A DNA stretch of 64,000 nucleotides. Origin: Candidatus Rokuibacteriota bacterium (GTDB lineage Bacteria > Methylomirabilota > Methylomirabilia > Rokubacteriales > CSP1-6). The stretch is from the NCBI GenBank assembly GCA_003220495.1, contig QHSP01000015.1:196610-260609 (forward strand), written 5' to 3'. Both the position numbers and the translations under genes were made by a program. A model generated the notes under the pieces. The model did not search any database. It was not told the DNA's origin and saw only the letters and a list, made by a program, of their open reading frames with translations. Below are positions 48,792 through 58,190 of this stretch, in pieces; position 1 is the stretch's first letter; every line of letters starts with the position of its first letter.

Positions 48792-50474
48792 TCAGTGCTC
48801 CCGGCCGGCGCGGAGCACGCGCCCGGGAAACGCGCCGGTGTGCTTGCCGTGCTCCAGCACCACCTGGCCGCCGACCACGACGTGGCGTACGCCTTCCGCG
48901 CCCTGCACCCGCCGCGGGGTGCCGGACGGTCCGTCGTGAGTGACCTCGTCCTCCTTGATGCCGATCGACGCGAGGTCGAACACCATCAAGTCGGCCGCCA
49001 GCCCCTCGCGGACCATGCCGCGATCACGCAAGCCCATGATGCGGGCGGGCTGGAACGTGTATCGACGGATCGCGTCCTCGAGCGTCAGCAGCTCGCGGTC
49101 GCGGACCCACTGGCCCAGCACGTAGCTCGACTCGCCGGCGGTGCAGAAGTTCGTGTTCAGGTGAGCGCCGGCATCCGACTGCGTGGGCAGGGCGTGGCCG
49201 CTCTTCACCATGTCGGCGATCTGCGCTTCTTCCTGGTCCGAGCGGGTCATCAGCTGGAACTCGGTGTCGAGCCCTTCCTCGAGCGCCAGGTCGAGCATCA
49301 TATCGGCGACGTGCTTACCGTGCTTCTCGGCGAGCGCCGTCAGGCTCTGGTCGACCAGCCCCTGGTTCTTCGCGAGCTTCACCCGGCGGACGAAGATCGA
49401 GCTCCAGGGGACGAGCCGGCCCGGCACACCCGGCCGCCGCCGCTGAGGCTTCAGGGCCTGGTCCCGCATTTTCGCGCGCCGCTCGGGATCGGCGAGCGCG
49501 GCGAGCCGATCGGGCAGGCGCAGGTGCATCACGATGTCCCACACGTCGAGGTTGTGGAAGAAGGTCGTCTTCTTCAGCGTGAACCTCGGATTGAAGGGGA
49601 TCGCGCGCAGCAGGTTGTAGAGCTGCGCGCCCTCGCGCGAGGCCTTCTCCACGTACGGCCAGGCGTTCGTGTCGAAGCTCAGGAAGAACACCGGGCGGCC
49701 GCTCGTCACGGCCACGTCACGCAAGTGGTCGAGGTCGGCGGGACTCGGCTTGCCGGCGCCCTTCGGCAGGATCTCGATGATCCCGCGGTTGAACTCGCCG
49801 AGCGTGCGGCCGAAGGCCACCCGCTCCTCGTCGGCGGCGAGCCGCGAGGGCACGGGCTGGCCTTGCGGTCCCGCGTGTGTCGGGGAATCGGTCGTGCTCC
49901 AGCCCCAGGCGCCGGCCTCGAGCGACTCGCGCAGCAGCCGCTGCATGTGGGCGATCTCGTCCGGCGTCGCGGCGCGGTCCCAGGCGGCCTGGTCCATCGC
50001 CGAGAGGCGCAGCGGGTTGTGGCCGACCAGCGGCATCAGGTTGAGTCCAAGCCCGATGTCGATCGCGGTCAGGTACTCGTCGAAGTTCTCCCAGTTCCAC
50101 GGCACGACGGACGCCAGCGAGCGCACCGGGATGTCCTCGACGCAGCAGAACGTCGCGAGCATCGCGTCGCGATGCTCGGGCCGCAACGGCGCCAGGGTCA
50201 GGCCGCAGTTGCCCATGAGCACCGTGGTCACGCCGTGCCAGATGGACGACGTGCAGAGCCTGTCCCAGAACGGCTGGGCGTCGTAGTGGGTGTGCGTGTC
50301 GATGATGCCGGGCGCGACGAAGAGCCCCTCGGCGTCGATCGTCGTGGTCGCGGCAGAGCGGATCTTGCCGATCTCGACGATCGTGCCATCCTTGACCGCG
50401 ACGTCGGCGCGATAGCGGGAGAAGCCGGAACCGTCGACGACCATGCCGTTCTTGATGACCAGGTCGTAAGGCAT
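48792..50474 (-). CDS. Amidohydrolase family protein (N-acyl-D-amino-acid deacylase-like)
   Basis: YDLVIKNGMVVDGSG, PGIIDTHTHYD, GNCG, SDAGAH, ADLMVFD. Confidence 0.9.
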   Translation of the reverse strand: MPYDLVIKNGMVVDGSGFSRYRADVAVKDGTIVEIGKIRSAATTTIDAEGLFVAPGIIDTHTHYDAQPFWDRLCTSSIWHGVTTVLMGNCGLTLAPLRPEHRDAMLATFCCVEDIPVRSLASVVPWNWENFDEYLTAIDIGLGLNLMPLVGHNPLRLSAMDQAAWDRAATPDEIAHMQRLLRESLEAGAWGWSTTDSPTHAGPQGQPVPSRLAADEERVAFGRTLGEFNRGIIEILPKGAGKPSPADLDHLRDVAVTSGRPVFFLSFDTNAWPYVEKASREGAQLYNLLRAIPFNPRFTLKKTTFFHNLDVWDIVMHLRLPDRLAALADPERRAKMRDQALKPQRRRPGVPGRLVPWSSIFVRRVKLAKNQGLVDQSLTALAEKHGKHVADMMLDLALEEGLDTEFQLMTRSDQEEAQIADMVKSGHALPTQSDAGAHLNTNFCTAGESSYVLGQWVRDRELLTLEDAIRRYTFQPARIMGLRDRGMVREGLAADLMVFDLASIGIKEDEVTHDGPSGTPRRVQGAEGVRHVVVGGQVVLEHGKHTGAFPGRVLRAGREH

Positions 50475-50555
50475 CAGTTCCCTCCGGGGCCGGGCTGGCG
50501 ATGTTCGATTTGCGCGCAATTGTCCCACAGAATTTTCCGCTCCGTCAGGGGTCTC

Positions 50556-51173
50556 TCACCGGGATCGTCGGACCGGCAAGAGGGCCGGCTGGCCGGGATG
50601 GAGCTGCTGGTCGACCGTGTTCAGGATGACGGCCGTCATCGCGTAGGTGCCCATGAGGGCGGCCAGCTCGAGGACTCCGCGCCGGCCGAAGAGCTCGACC
50701 GCGCGCGCGAACGTGGCGGAGCCGAGCTTCTTCCTCCGAAAGAGCTCCCGCCCGAAGGCGATGATGACGGCTTCCTTCTGTCCCGATCGCTGGCCCAGCC
50801 GCGCCAGGGGCTTGCGGCGCTTCACGATCTCGATGATCTTCGCGTCGAGGCCTTCCGCGAGGGCCGCCGGCTCGTGCGCCGTCCATTCGAACTGGTTGTC
50901 GAGCTCGCGGGCGGTCACGAGGATCGCCAGCTCGGTCAGCCGCCGGTCCAGCGCGGTCTCGAATCGCAGGTACTGATTGGCGGCGCGCAGGAATCCGGCG
51001 AGCTTGGGCGAGTGGAGCCAGATACCGCTCGGGCCGCGCAGCCCAACCAGGGTCCGGCTCGCGGGGCTCACGACCGCGTCGTAGTGCTTCTGGCCCTCCT
51101 CGTCGAGCTCGCCGCGCTCGAGGAGCGGCAGGCGCGAGAGGGAAGCCGGGTGTACGTCCCGCGGCAGTCTCAA
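50556..51173 (-). CDS. Carboxymuconolactone decarboxylase/AhpD-like family protein
   Basis: ELAILVTARE...FEWTAHEP motif. Confidence 0.75.
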   Translation of the reverse strand: MRLPRDVHPASLSRLPLLERGELDEEGQKHYDAVVSPASRTLVGLRGPSGIWLHSPKLAGFLRAANQYLRFETALDRRLTELAILVTARELDNQFEWTAHEPAALAEGLDAKIIEIVKRRKPLARLGQRSGQKEAVIIAFGRELFRRKKLGSATFARAVELFGRRGVLELAALMGTYAMTAVILNTVDQQLHPGQPALLPVRRSR

Positions 51174-52033
51174 CGCTTGTGAACGTACTTGGTGAGTCGC
51201 TTGCCACCGGCCTCGGCCAGATAGATGTCGCCGACCGAGTCGACCCAGAGACCGTGTCCCGAGGGCGAGTCGAAGCGCGCCAGGACCTTGCCGTGTCGAT
51301 CGAGGATGCTGATCGACGGCCTCAGCTCACTCACGTAGGCCACCTGCTGCGCGTTGAAGTAGATGTCGGTCGGCCGATGGATATCGCGCCACTGGGAGAC
51401 GAACTTCCCGCTCGCGTTGAACACCTGGATGCGGCTGTTCTCCCGGTCGCAGACGTAGACGAATCCCTCCGGGTCGACCCACAGGCTGTGGGGCAGGTGG
51501 AACTCGCCGGGCTCCTGCTTGCCCGGCGTGCCCCACGACGCGAGCAAGGCGCCCTGCGCCGAGAAGCGATGCACGCGGCTGTTGCGGTAGCCGTCCGAGA
51601 CGTAGAGATCGCCCGACGGCGCCGGGACCATCTCGGTGGGCTTGTTGAAGGGCCCGGCCGAGCGCGGCGGCAGCTCGATGTCCTTCGTCGCCCCCGTGTC
51701 CGAGGGCTGGCCGCGCGTGCCGAGCACCATCAGGGGCTTGCCGTCGAGCGTGAACTTCAGGGCGACGTGGTCGTCGCGGTCGGTGAGGTAGATCACGTCG
51801 TTGATGATCGCGATCCCGTGGGGATCCTTGATGGCGCTCGAGCCCCACGAGCCGAGGTAGCTGCCGTCGCGGTCGAACACGATGATCGGCGGATCCTTCC
51901 GCTGGAAGGCGTACACCCGATCGCGCGAGTCGGTCGCCACCGCGCTGACCGGACCGAACGTCCAGCCGACGGGCAGCTTCGCCCACGATTCGTTCAGCTC
52001 GTACTGGTAGCTGCCGCTGCCGACTGTCGTCAT
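51170..52033 (-). CDS. NHL-repeat beta-propeller (peptidyl-alpha-hydroxyglycine amidating lyase-like)
   Basis: WAKLP, PHG, SDGYRNSRVH, GEFHLPH, DRENSRIQVF. Confidence 0.85.
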   Translation of the reverse strand: MTTVGSGSYQYELNESWAKLPVGWTFGPVSAVATDSRDRVYAFQRKDPPIIVFDRDGSYLGSWGSSAIKDPHGIAIINDVIYLTDRDDHVALKFTLDGKPLMVLGTRGQPSDTGATKDIELPPRSAGPFNKPTEMVPAPSGDLYVSDGYRNSRVHRFSAQGALLASWGTPGKQEPGEFHLPHSLWVDPEGFVYVCDRENSRIQVFNASGKFVSQWRDIHRPTDIYFNAQQVAYVSELRPSISILDRHGKVLARFDSPSGHGLWVDSVGDIYLAEAGGKRLTKYVHKR

Positions 52034-52163
52034 GAGGCCCTCCTCTGGTCGGGAAAGGGGGTCGCGGTCGCGCCGATCGTGCGCCTTTCGGCCGTCGCGC
52101 GCAACAGGCCCGCCCGGAGGTATGATTCGGTCGCCGCGGATCGAACGAAGGAAGGGAGACCCT

Positions 52164-52805
52164 ATGCCAGGCCACACGGACCTGTTCGAGACCATGAAGA
52201 CCATGCGCGCCATGCGCCGGCTGAAGCCCGACCCGGTCCCTGACGAGCTGATCCGAAAGATTCTCGAGGCCGGCGCGTGCGCGCCCAACGGGGGCAACAC
52301 GCAGCGCTGGCGGTTCCTGGTGATCAAGGACCGGAAGATCAAGCAGGGCGTGCAGGTCTGGTACAAGCGCGCCTTCGACGAGGTCGTCGGGCCCCGCTAC
52401 CTCAAGAGTAATCCGCCGCCCGGCGTCACGCGCGAGCAATACAACCGTCAGCACGCCGCGGTGGAATACCTGACCGATCACTTCCACGAAGCTCCCGTGT
52501 GGATCGTCGCGTGCCTCGAGGAAGGCACGACGGCGCCGACGCGCAGCTCCGGCGCGTCGATCTATCCAGCGGTGCAGAACATGCTGCTGGCGGCTCGCGC
52601 GCTGGGACTCGGCGCCACCTTGACGACGCGGCACCTCCTTTACGAGAAGGAAGCTGAAGCCGCGCTCGGCCTCCCGCCGGGCGTTCACTCGTATGCGATC
52701 CTGCCGATCGGTTACCCCATGGGGAAGTTCGGCCCTGTCGGGCGCGGGCCTCTCAAGGAGATCGTCTTTCAAGACCACTGGGGCACTCCCTACCAGGGCG
52801 TCTGA
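52164..52805 (+). CDS. Nitroreductase family protein
   Basis: RAMRRLKPDPVP, APNGGNTQRWRF, IYPAVQNMLLAARALGLG, IGYP. Confidence 0.9.
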   Translation: MPGHTDLFETMKTMRAMRRLKPDPVPDELIRKILEAGACAPNGGNTQRWRFLVIKDRKIKQGVQVWYKRAFDEVVGPRYLKSNPPPGVTREQYNRQHAAVEYLTDHFHEAPVWIVACLEEGTTAPTRSSGASIYPAVQNMLLAARALGLGATLTTRHLLYEKEAEAALGLPPGVHSYAILPIGYPMGKFGPVGRGPLKEIVFQDHWGTPYQGV

Positions 52806-52827
52806 ACGAGAGACGCGGAGGCTGTTT

Positions 52828-53346
52828 ATGGCCATCAAGATGATCCACCACGTGAACGTCCAGATCAGCGACCGCGAGCGGACGCGGGCGTGGTACGAGC
52901 GGGTGCTCGGCGCCGAGTTCCTCGACCGCGGTCCGGCGCTGAACAAGCGACAGCTCCAGCTGAGGCTCGGCAGCGGCGAAATTCACTTCACCGTGACGCC
53001 GCGCCCGGTCATCGTGGCGTCCAGCCACTTCGCGATCGAGATCGATGACTGGGAGGCCACCCTGGCTCATCTCGACCAGCTCGGGATCCAGCACGTCCGA
53101 ACGTCAGCCGCCAGCACCGGGACCGACATCGGCGGCACGGATCCCCGGCAGGGGCGCCGTGAGGACAGCAGCGAGCACTACACCTACATCAAGGATCCCG
53201 ACGGCAACCTGATCGAGCTCGTGAACCATCCGCTGGGCCTGCAGGACTCCCAGGGCCGCAAGGTCGAGATCGCGCACGATCCCAGCGGGCTGCGCTGGGT
53301 CCAGATCCCCGGATTCGTCGAGGCAGAGGCGGCGCGAGGACTATGA
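52828..53346 (+). CDS. VOC (glyoxalase/bleomycin resistance) family protein
   Basis: IHHVN...WYERVLG, HFAIE, DPDGNLIEL. Confidence 0.87.
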   Translation: MAIKMIHHVNVQISDRERTRAWYERVLGAEFLDRGPALNKRQLQLRLGSGEIHFTVTPRPVIVASSHFAIEIDDWEATLAHLDQLGIQHVRTSAASTGTDIGGTDPRQGRREDSSEHYTYIKDPDGNLIELVNHPLGLQDSQGRKVEIAHDPSGLRWVQIPGFVEAEAARGL

Positions 53347-53347
53347 A

Positions 53348-54283
53348 GTGAAGATCGCCACGCCCGACCTGGTGACGAACTCCTACTTCCCGGCGCTCGC
53401 CGCCGAGGAGCTCGGTCTGTATCGCGAGGAAGGGCTCGACGCCCACGTCGAGCTCATGCCCTCGCTCGATGCCGTGAACGGGCTGCGCGACGGCGCCGTG
53501 GACTTCGTGGCCGGCGGCGCGCACACGACGTTGCTCGCGTTCCCGGGCTGGAAGGGCGCGAAGCTCGTCGTCGCGCTCTCCCAGGGCACGCCGTGGCTCC
53601 TGGTCCTGCGCGCGGATCTCGCGGCGCGCCGGGGCGACGTCGCGGCCGTGAAGGGTCTTCGCATCGGCGCCGCGCCGGGGCCCGACCGTGCATTCCTTCG
53701 CCTCCTGCAGGAGGCCGGCGTCGATCCGATCCGCGACGGCGTCAAGATCGCTCCGGTCCCGGGCGGAACCGACCCGGGCGCCTCCTTCGGCGTCACGGCC
53801 GCCGCGGCCCTCGAGCGCGGCGCGGTCGATGGTTTCTGGGCGAATGCGCTCGGGAGCGAGACCGCCGTGCGCCGCGGCGTCGGAAAGATCATCGTGGACG
53901 TGCGGCGAGGCGACGGCCCGCCCGAGGCGGGTCAATATACGTTCGCGGCGCTCTCGACGACGGAAGCTCTGATCGCGCACGAACCCGAACGCGTAGCGGC
54001 GGCGGTGCGCGCGATCGTGCACGCTCAGACCATGCTCCGGGATGATCCGGCGAGGGCGACCGAGGTCGGGCGGCGGCGGTTTCCGCCGGCCGCGGCGGAG
54101 ATCATCGCGGCGGTCGTGGAGCGCGATCTTCCGTTCTACGATCCGACGATCGGCGAGCACGCGGTCTCGGTCATGAACCGCTTCGCCCGCTCGCTCGGCT
54201 TGCTCGCGGCACCCGTTGCCTACGACGACACCGTCGCCACCCGGTTCCGTGACCTCTGGGTCAGTAGAGGTGACAGGCGGTGA
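53348..54283 (+). CDS. NMT1/SsuA-type substrate-binding-fold protein, apparently without signal peptide
   Basis: [30 protein letters not shown] pattern. Confidence 0.8.
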   Translation: MKIATPDLVTNSYFPALAAEELGLYREEGLDAHVELMPSLDAVNGLRDGAVDFVAGGAHTTLLAFPGWKGAKLVVALSQGTPWLLVLRADLAARRGDVAAVKGLRIGAAPGPDRAFLRLLQEAGVDPIRDGVKIAPVPGGTDPGASFGVTAAAALERGAVDGFWANALGSETAVRRGVGKIIVDVRRGDGPPEAGQYTFAALSTTEALIAHEPERVAAAVRAIVHAQTMLRDDPARATEVGRRRFPPAAAEIIAAVVERDLPFYDPTIGEHAVSVMNRFARSLGLLAAPVAYDDTVATRFRDLWVSRGDRR

Positions 54284-54297
54284 ATCGGCCGGGCTTC

Positions 54298-54426
54298 ACT
54301 TCCTTGAGGATGCACCGGACTCGGCACCTCGCCGCCCAGCACGATCCGTTGTCGGCGCGCCCCGGGATGTAGCGGCAGCGCCGCCGACAGGAGCGCCTCC
54401 GTATAAGGATGCAACGGCTCCGGGAA
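54298..54426 (-). pseudogene. Remnant of an oligopeptide ABC ATPase C-terminal (oligo_HPY) domain
   Basis: [15 protein letters not shown]...[16 protein letters not shown] with no upstream ATPase domain. Confidence 0.65.
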
Positions 54427-54446
54427 GCGGGAAAGGTGCCGATATC

Positions 54447-55859
54447 CTACTCCAAACCGTAGTCGGCCCAGTGGGCGTCGACCCGGTCGAGGTCCTCCTT
54501 TGGAGGTACCGAGCGGGCGGGGAACCGGTGCTTGCGGGTCGCGTCGACGCCGACCTTGGACGAGAGCACGGTCTTGCGCTCGAGCTGGTCCACGTCTTCC
54601 TCGGCGGTCGACGGATCGAGCGCGACGCCCGCGGTGGCCCGGTTCACGTAGAGGTCGTGCTCGGGCTGGACGTGCCAGGACATGGCCCAGAGCACCTGGA
54701 AATAGTCGCGGATGTCGATGTCCTCGTCCACGACGACCACCCACTTGGAGAACGACGGATCGTAGGCCCAGACCGCCCACATCGCCCGCTGGGGCAGGGC
54801 GGGATGCTCGCGGCGCAGCGAGATCGCGAGGAACGCGGCGCCGCCGCCAGCCTCCAGCAGGTGGACGTCGCGCACGGGCAGCCGGAGGTCGCGGCGCAGA
54901 TGCTGGAGCAGCGCCACGTCGCGGCCGGTGCCGCGGATGCAGCTCGACTCGCTCGGCGGCATCTGGCTGAAGAACGCCTGGTAGATCGGGTCGGCGCGAT
55001 GGGTGATCGCGGTCACCTCGAGCACGAAGCTCGGGCCCGACGATCCCATGTAGCCCGTGTACTCGCCGAACGGGCCCTCGTGCTCGCGCACGCCGGGCGG
55101 GACGAAGCCTTCGATGACGATCTCGGCGTGCGCCGGCACCTCCAGATCGTTCGTCTCGCACTTCACGACCTCGAGCGGCTCACCGCGCAAGGCGCCCGCA
55201 ACCCCCAGCTCGTCACCGCGGATCCGCGCGACTGAGGTGAGCGGCACGGGCGGGTCGCAGCCGATCACGACGGCGCAGGGCGTCGGATTGCCCTTCCGCT
55301 CGTTCTTCATGATGTGCGCGTACATGTCGCGCCACGTGGTGCTCAGGAAGAGCCCGAACTTCCGGGGCCCCTTCAGCATGAGGCGGTAGGTGCCCATGTT
55401 GCGCTCGCCGGTCTCGGGATCGTGCGAGATCACGCACGGCCCGGTGACGTACGGCGCCGGGTCCTGGTCGCGCGTCCACAGACAGAGCGGCAGCGCGGTC
55501 GCGTCGATCCGGTCGCCGGTCTGGATCACGTCCTTCACCGGGCCGGTCCTGACGCGCACCGGCGGAATCGGGTGGCTCTGCGCCCGGGCCCATTTGTCGG
55601 CGATCTGATCGACCGTGGTCTCGAGCGCCAGCGCGTAGACCTCCGGCGAGGCGCCCAGGATTCCCGCGACCAGCGGCATCCGATGACCTTTGATGTGCTC
55701 GAACATCACCGCGGGCCGGCGCGCGGGCGGAATTCGCTGAAATACCCGGCGGATGACGGCCGCGACCTCCCAGTTCGGATCAACTTCCTTCTTGACGTGG
55801 TGGAGCTTGCCACGCACTTCGAGCGCGGCCAGGTATTCGCGGAGATCCTTGTAGGCCAT
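54447..55859 (-). CDS. UbiD-family (prenylated-FMN-dependent) decarboxylase
   Basis: [52 protein letters not shown]. Confidence 0.92.
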   Translation of the reverse strand: MAYKDLREYLAALEVRGKLHHVKKEVDPNWEVAAVIRRVFQRIPPARRPAVMFEHIKGHRMPLVAGILGASPEVYALALETTVDQIADKWARAQSHPIPPVRVRTGPVKDVIQTGDRIDATALPLCLWTRDQDPAPYVTGPCVISHDPETGERNMGTYRLMLKGPRKFGLFLSTTWRDMYAHIMKNERKGNPTPCAVVIGCDPPVPLTSVARIRGDELGVAGALRGEPLEVVKCETNDLEVPAHAEIVIEGFVPPGVREHEGPFGEYTGYMGSSGPSFVLEVTAITHRADPIYQAFFSQMPPSESSCIRGTGRDVALLQHLRRDLRLPVRDVHLLEAGGGAAFLAISLRREHPALPQRAMWAVWAYDPSFSKWVVVVDEDIDIRDYFQVLWAMSWHVQPEHDLYVNRATAGVALDPSTAEEDVDQLERKTVLSSKVGVDATRKHRFPARSVPPKEDLDRVDAHWADYGLE

Positions 55860-55875
55860 GTGCGGGCCTCCTTGT

Positions 55876-56919
55876 CTATGGTCGGGGCCGGTACGGGTGC
55901 TGTTCGATCCAGTGCCGCGCGATGTCGATCCGGCGGCAGATCCACACGTGGTCGTGGCGCTCGACATAGTCGAAGAAGCGTGCGAGCGCCGCGGCCCGCC
56001 CCGGCCGACCCATGAGCCGCATGTGCAGGCCGAGCGACATCATCTTCGGCTGATCGGCGCCCTCCGCGTAGAGCACGTCGAACGCGTCTCGCGCGTGGGC
56101 GAGCCAATCATCGCCGGTCGCGAAGCCACCGGGAAGTCCGAACTTCATGTCGTTGACGTCCAGGGTGTAGGGGACGACCAGGTGCGGCTTGCCCGACACG
56201 ACGGTCCAGTACGGCAGATCGTCGTTGTAGGCGTCCGCGTCGTAGAGAAAGCCGCCCTCCTCGACCACGAGACGCCGCGTGTTGGGACTGAGCCGGCCGG
56301 TGTACCAGCCGAGCGGCCGGGTGCCGGTCATGCGCGTCAGGCTCTCGACCGCGCGCCGGATGTGGTCACGCTCGACCTTCTCGCCCACGAACTGGTAGTC
56401 GATCCACTTCCAGCCGTGGCTCACGACCTCGTGGCCGGCCTCGACGATCGCCGCCGCGGCCTCGTGGTGGCGCTCGAGCGCCATCGCCACCGCGAACACG
56501 CTGATCTTGATGCCGTACGAGGCGAACGTGCGCATGAGGCGCCAGAAGCCGACGCGGCTTCCGTATTCGTACATCGACTCGACTTGGAGGTTGCGCACGC
56601 CCTGGAGCGCCGGCAAGCCCACGACTTCTTGCAGGTAGGCCTCGGCTTCCCTGTCCCCGTGCAGGATCGACCGCTCGCCGCCTTCCTCGTAGTTCATGAC
56701 GATCTGGAGGGCCAGGCGCGCGCCGCCGGGCCACTTCGGATCCGGCGGCTTCTTCCCGTATCCGACCAGGTCACGCGGATAGCCCACTCGGAGGGGGGCG
56801 TTGCCCCCCATCCCCAGTCGGAGGGGGCCTCGACGGCCCCCTCCGAGGCCTCCCCCAGATCGAGTTGCGCCGGCGGAGCCGGCGCTCGAACGCGATCGTC
56901 TTCTCGGGTGGCGGCTCAT
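55876..56919 (-). CDS. puuE: Allantoinase PuuE (polysaccharide deacetylase fold) with palindrome-derived N-terminal extension
   Basis: YPRDLVGYG, WPGGAR, NYEEGGE, ESMYEYGSRVGFWR, GWYTGR, DDLPYW, GLH-R--GRPGR; ATG overlaps pucG stop. Confidence 0.9.
   Translation of the reverse strand: MSRHPRRRSRSSAGSAGATRSGGGLGGGRRGPLRLGMGGNAPLRVGYPRDLVGYGKKPPDPKWPGGARLALQIVMNYEEGGERSILHGDREAEAYLQEVVGLPALQGVRNLQVESMYEYGSRVGFWRLMRTFASYGIKISVFAVAMALERHHEAAAAIVEAGHEVVSHGWKWIDYQFVGEKVERDHIRRAVESLTRMTGTRPLGWYTGRLSPNTRRLVVEEGGFLYDADAYNDDLPYWTVVSGKPHLVVPYTLDVNDMKFGLPGGFATGDDWLAHARDAFDVLYAEGADQPKMMSLGLHMRLMGRPGRAAALARFFDYVERHDHVWICRRIDIARHWIEQHPYRPRP
56783..56889. repeat. Multi-hairpin palindromic element inside the puuE 5' end
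   Basis: Perfect 12-bp stem tcggagggggcc/ggccccctccga (56818-56846), gcgccggc/gccggcgc stem, and short direct repeat cccaNtcggaggggg. Confidence 0.7.
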
Positions 56920-58154
56920 ACGCTACCGATGCCGGTGGCGCCCAGGTTGTCGCCGACGTCACGGGCGCCGAACCCCGCGGAGGCGTAGTGGGCCAGGGCC
57001 GCGTCGACACTGGCACCCGCGGTCGCGCGGTAACCTTCACGACGAAGAACGTTCTCGAGGGCCGCCAGACAGAGGAGCACGAACTGACGCTGCGCCGAGT
57101 AGCCCATGGTGCCGATGCGCCAGATCTTGCCCTGCAGCTGGCCGAACGCGGCCCCGATCTCGACACCGAAATCTTCGACGAGCCGGCGCCTGACGCGCAG
57201 CTCGTCGACGCCGTCGGGCACGACGACGGGCGTCAGGAAGGAAAGCCGACGCTCGCGCGGCTCCTTACCGAAGAGCGCGAGCCCCAGGGCGTCGAGGCCG
57301 GCACGGAGCGCATCACCGTGCAATTGGTGTCGCGCGAAGCGGGCCTCGAGGCCTTCCTCGCGGACCGCCCGGAGCGCCTCGCGGAGACCGTAGACCATCG
57401 CGGTCGGCGCCGTGTGGTGGTTGAAGCGCCTGGGGCTCCAGTAGTCGGCGAGCTGGCCGAGGTCCAGATAGTTGCTCCGCACTTTGGTCCGGCGCCCGCG
57501 GATGACGGCGTCGGCCCGCGCGTTGTAGGTGACCGGCGCCAGCCCCGACGGACAGCTCAGACACTTCTGGGTCCCTGCGGTCGCGACGTCGACGTCCCAG
57601 CGGTCGACGGCGACCTCGCACCCGCCCAGGGTCACCACGCAGTCCGCGACCAGGAGCGCGCCGTGGTCGTGGGCCGCCCGTGCGAGGTCGGCGAGCGGCT
57701 GGAGTATCCCGGTCGAGGTCTCGCCGTGAACGACCGCGACCAGCTTCGTCTTTCCAGCTTTCAGCGCAGCCTCGATGGCGGCTGGATCGATCAGTCGCCC
57801 CCACTCGCCGCGCACCACGGTGACCTCGGCGCCACACCGCTCGGCGATCTCGATCAGCAGCAGGCCGAAGCGCCCGCACTCGGCGACGACCACCCGGTCG
57901 CCCGGCTCGATCAGCGAGGTGAGCGCCGCTTCGAGACCTGCGCGCCCCGTGCCGGGCACGGGGAAGGTGCGCGTGTTGGTGGTCTGGAATGCAAAGCGCG
58001 AGAGGTCCATGACGTCGTTCATGATCGCGGTGAACTCCGGGTCGAACTGGCCCAGGAGCGGCGTCGACATCGCGCGCAGGACGCGAGGGTCGGCCATGGA
58101 CGGACCAGGGCCCAGGAGGACCCGCGGACCGGGGAGGAGATCGCCGGGGGACAT
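56916..58154 (-). CDS. pucG: (S)-ureidoglycine-glyoxylate aminotransferase-like (alanine-glyoxylate aminotransferase family)
   Basis: LLGPGPS, LGQFDPEF, HGETSTG, GTQKCL (PLP Lys), NHHT, IWRIGTMG; purine-catabolic context. Confidence 0.82.
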   Translation of the reverse strand: MSPGDLLPGPRVLLGPGPSMADPRVLRAMSTPLLGQFDPEFTAIMNDVMDLSRFAFQTTNTRTFPVPGTGRAGLEAALTSLIEPGDRVVVAECGRFGLLLIEIAERCGAEVTVVRGEWGRLIDPAAIEAALKAGKTKLVAVVHGETSTGILQPLADLARAAHDHGALLVADCVVTLGGCEVAVDRWDVDVATAGTQKCLSCPSGLAPVTYNARADAVIRGRRTKVRSNYLDLGQLADYWSPRRFNHHTAPTAMVYGLREALRAVREEGLEARFARHQLHGDALRAGLDALGLALFGKEPRERRLSFLTPVVVPDGVDELRVRRRLVEDFGVEIGAAFGQLQGKIWRIGTMGYSAQRQFVLLCLAALENVLRREGYRATAGASVDAALAHYASAGFGARDVGDNLGATGIGSV

Positions 58155-58161
58155 GCCCGGG

Positions 58162-58171
58162 AATTATAATT
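58162..58171. promoter_or_regulatory. Bidirectional -10 element AATTATAATT
   Basis: Perfect palindrome giving TATAAT on both strands between divergent genes. Confidence 0.6.
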
Positions 58172-58190
58172 GAGCCCCACGGCGGACCAC

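Noticed and set aside
48762..51182. 806-aa plus-strand ORF
   Set aside because: Antisense of the amidohydrolase and CMD genes
58170..58190. TTG 58170 as start of the Mo subunit
   Set aside because: It overlaps the TATAAT hexamer; GTG 58191 fits a transcript from that promoter better, though this is unproven
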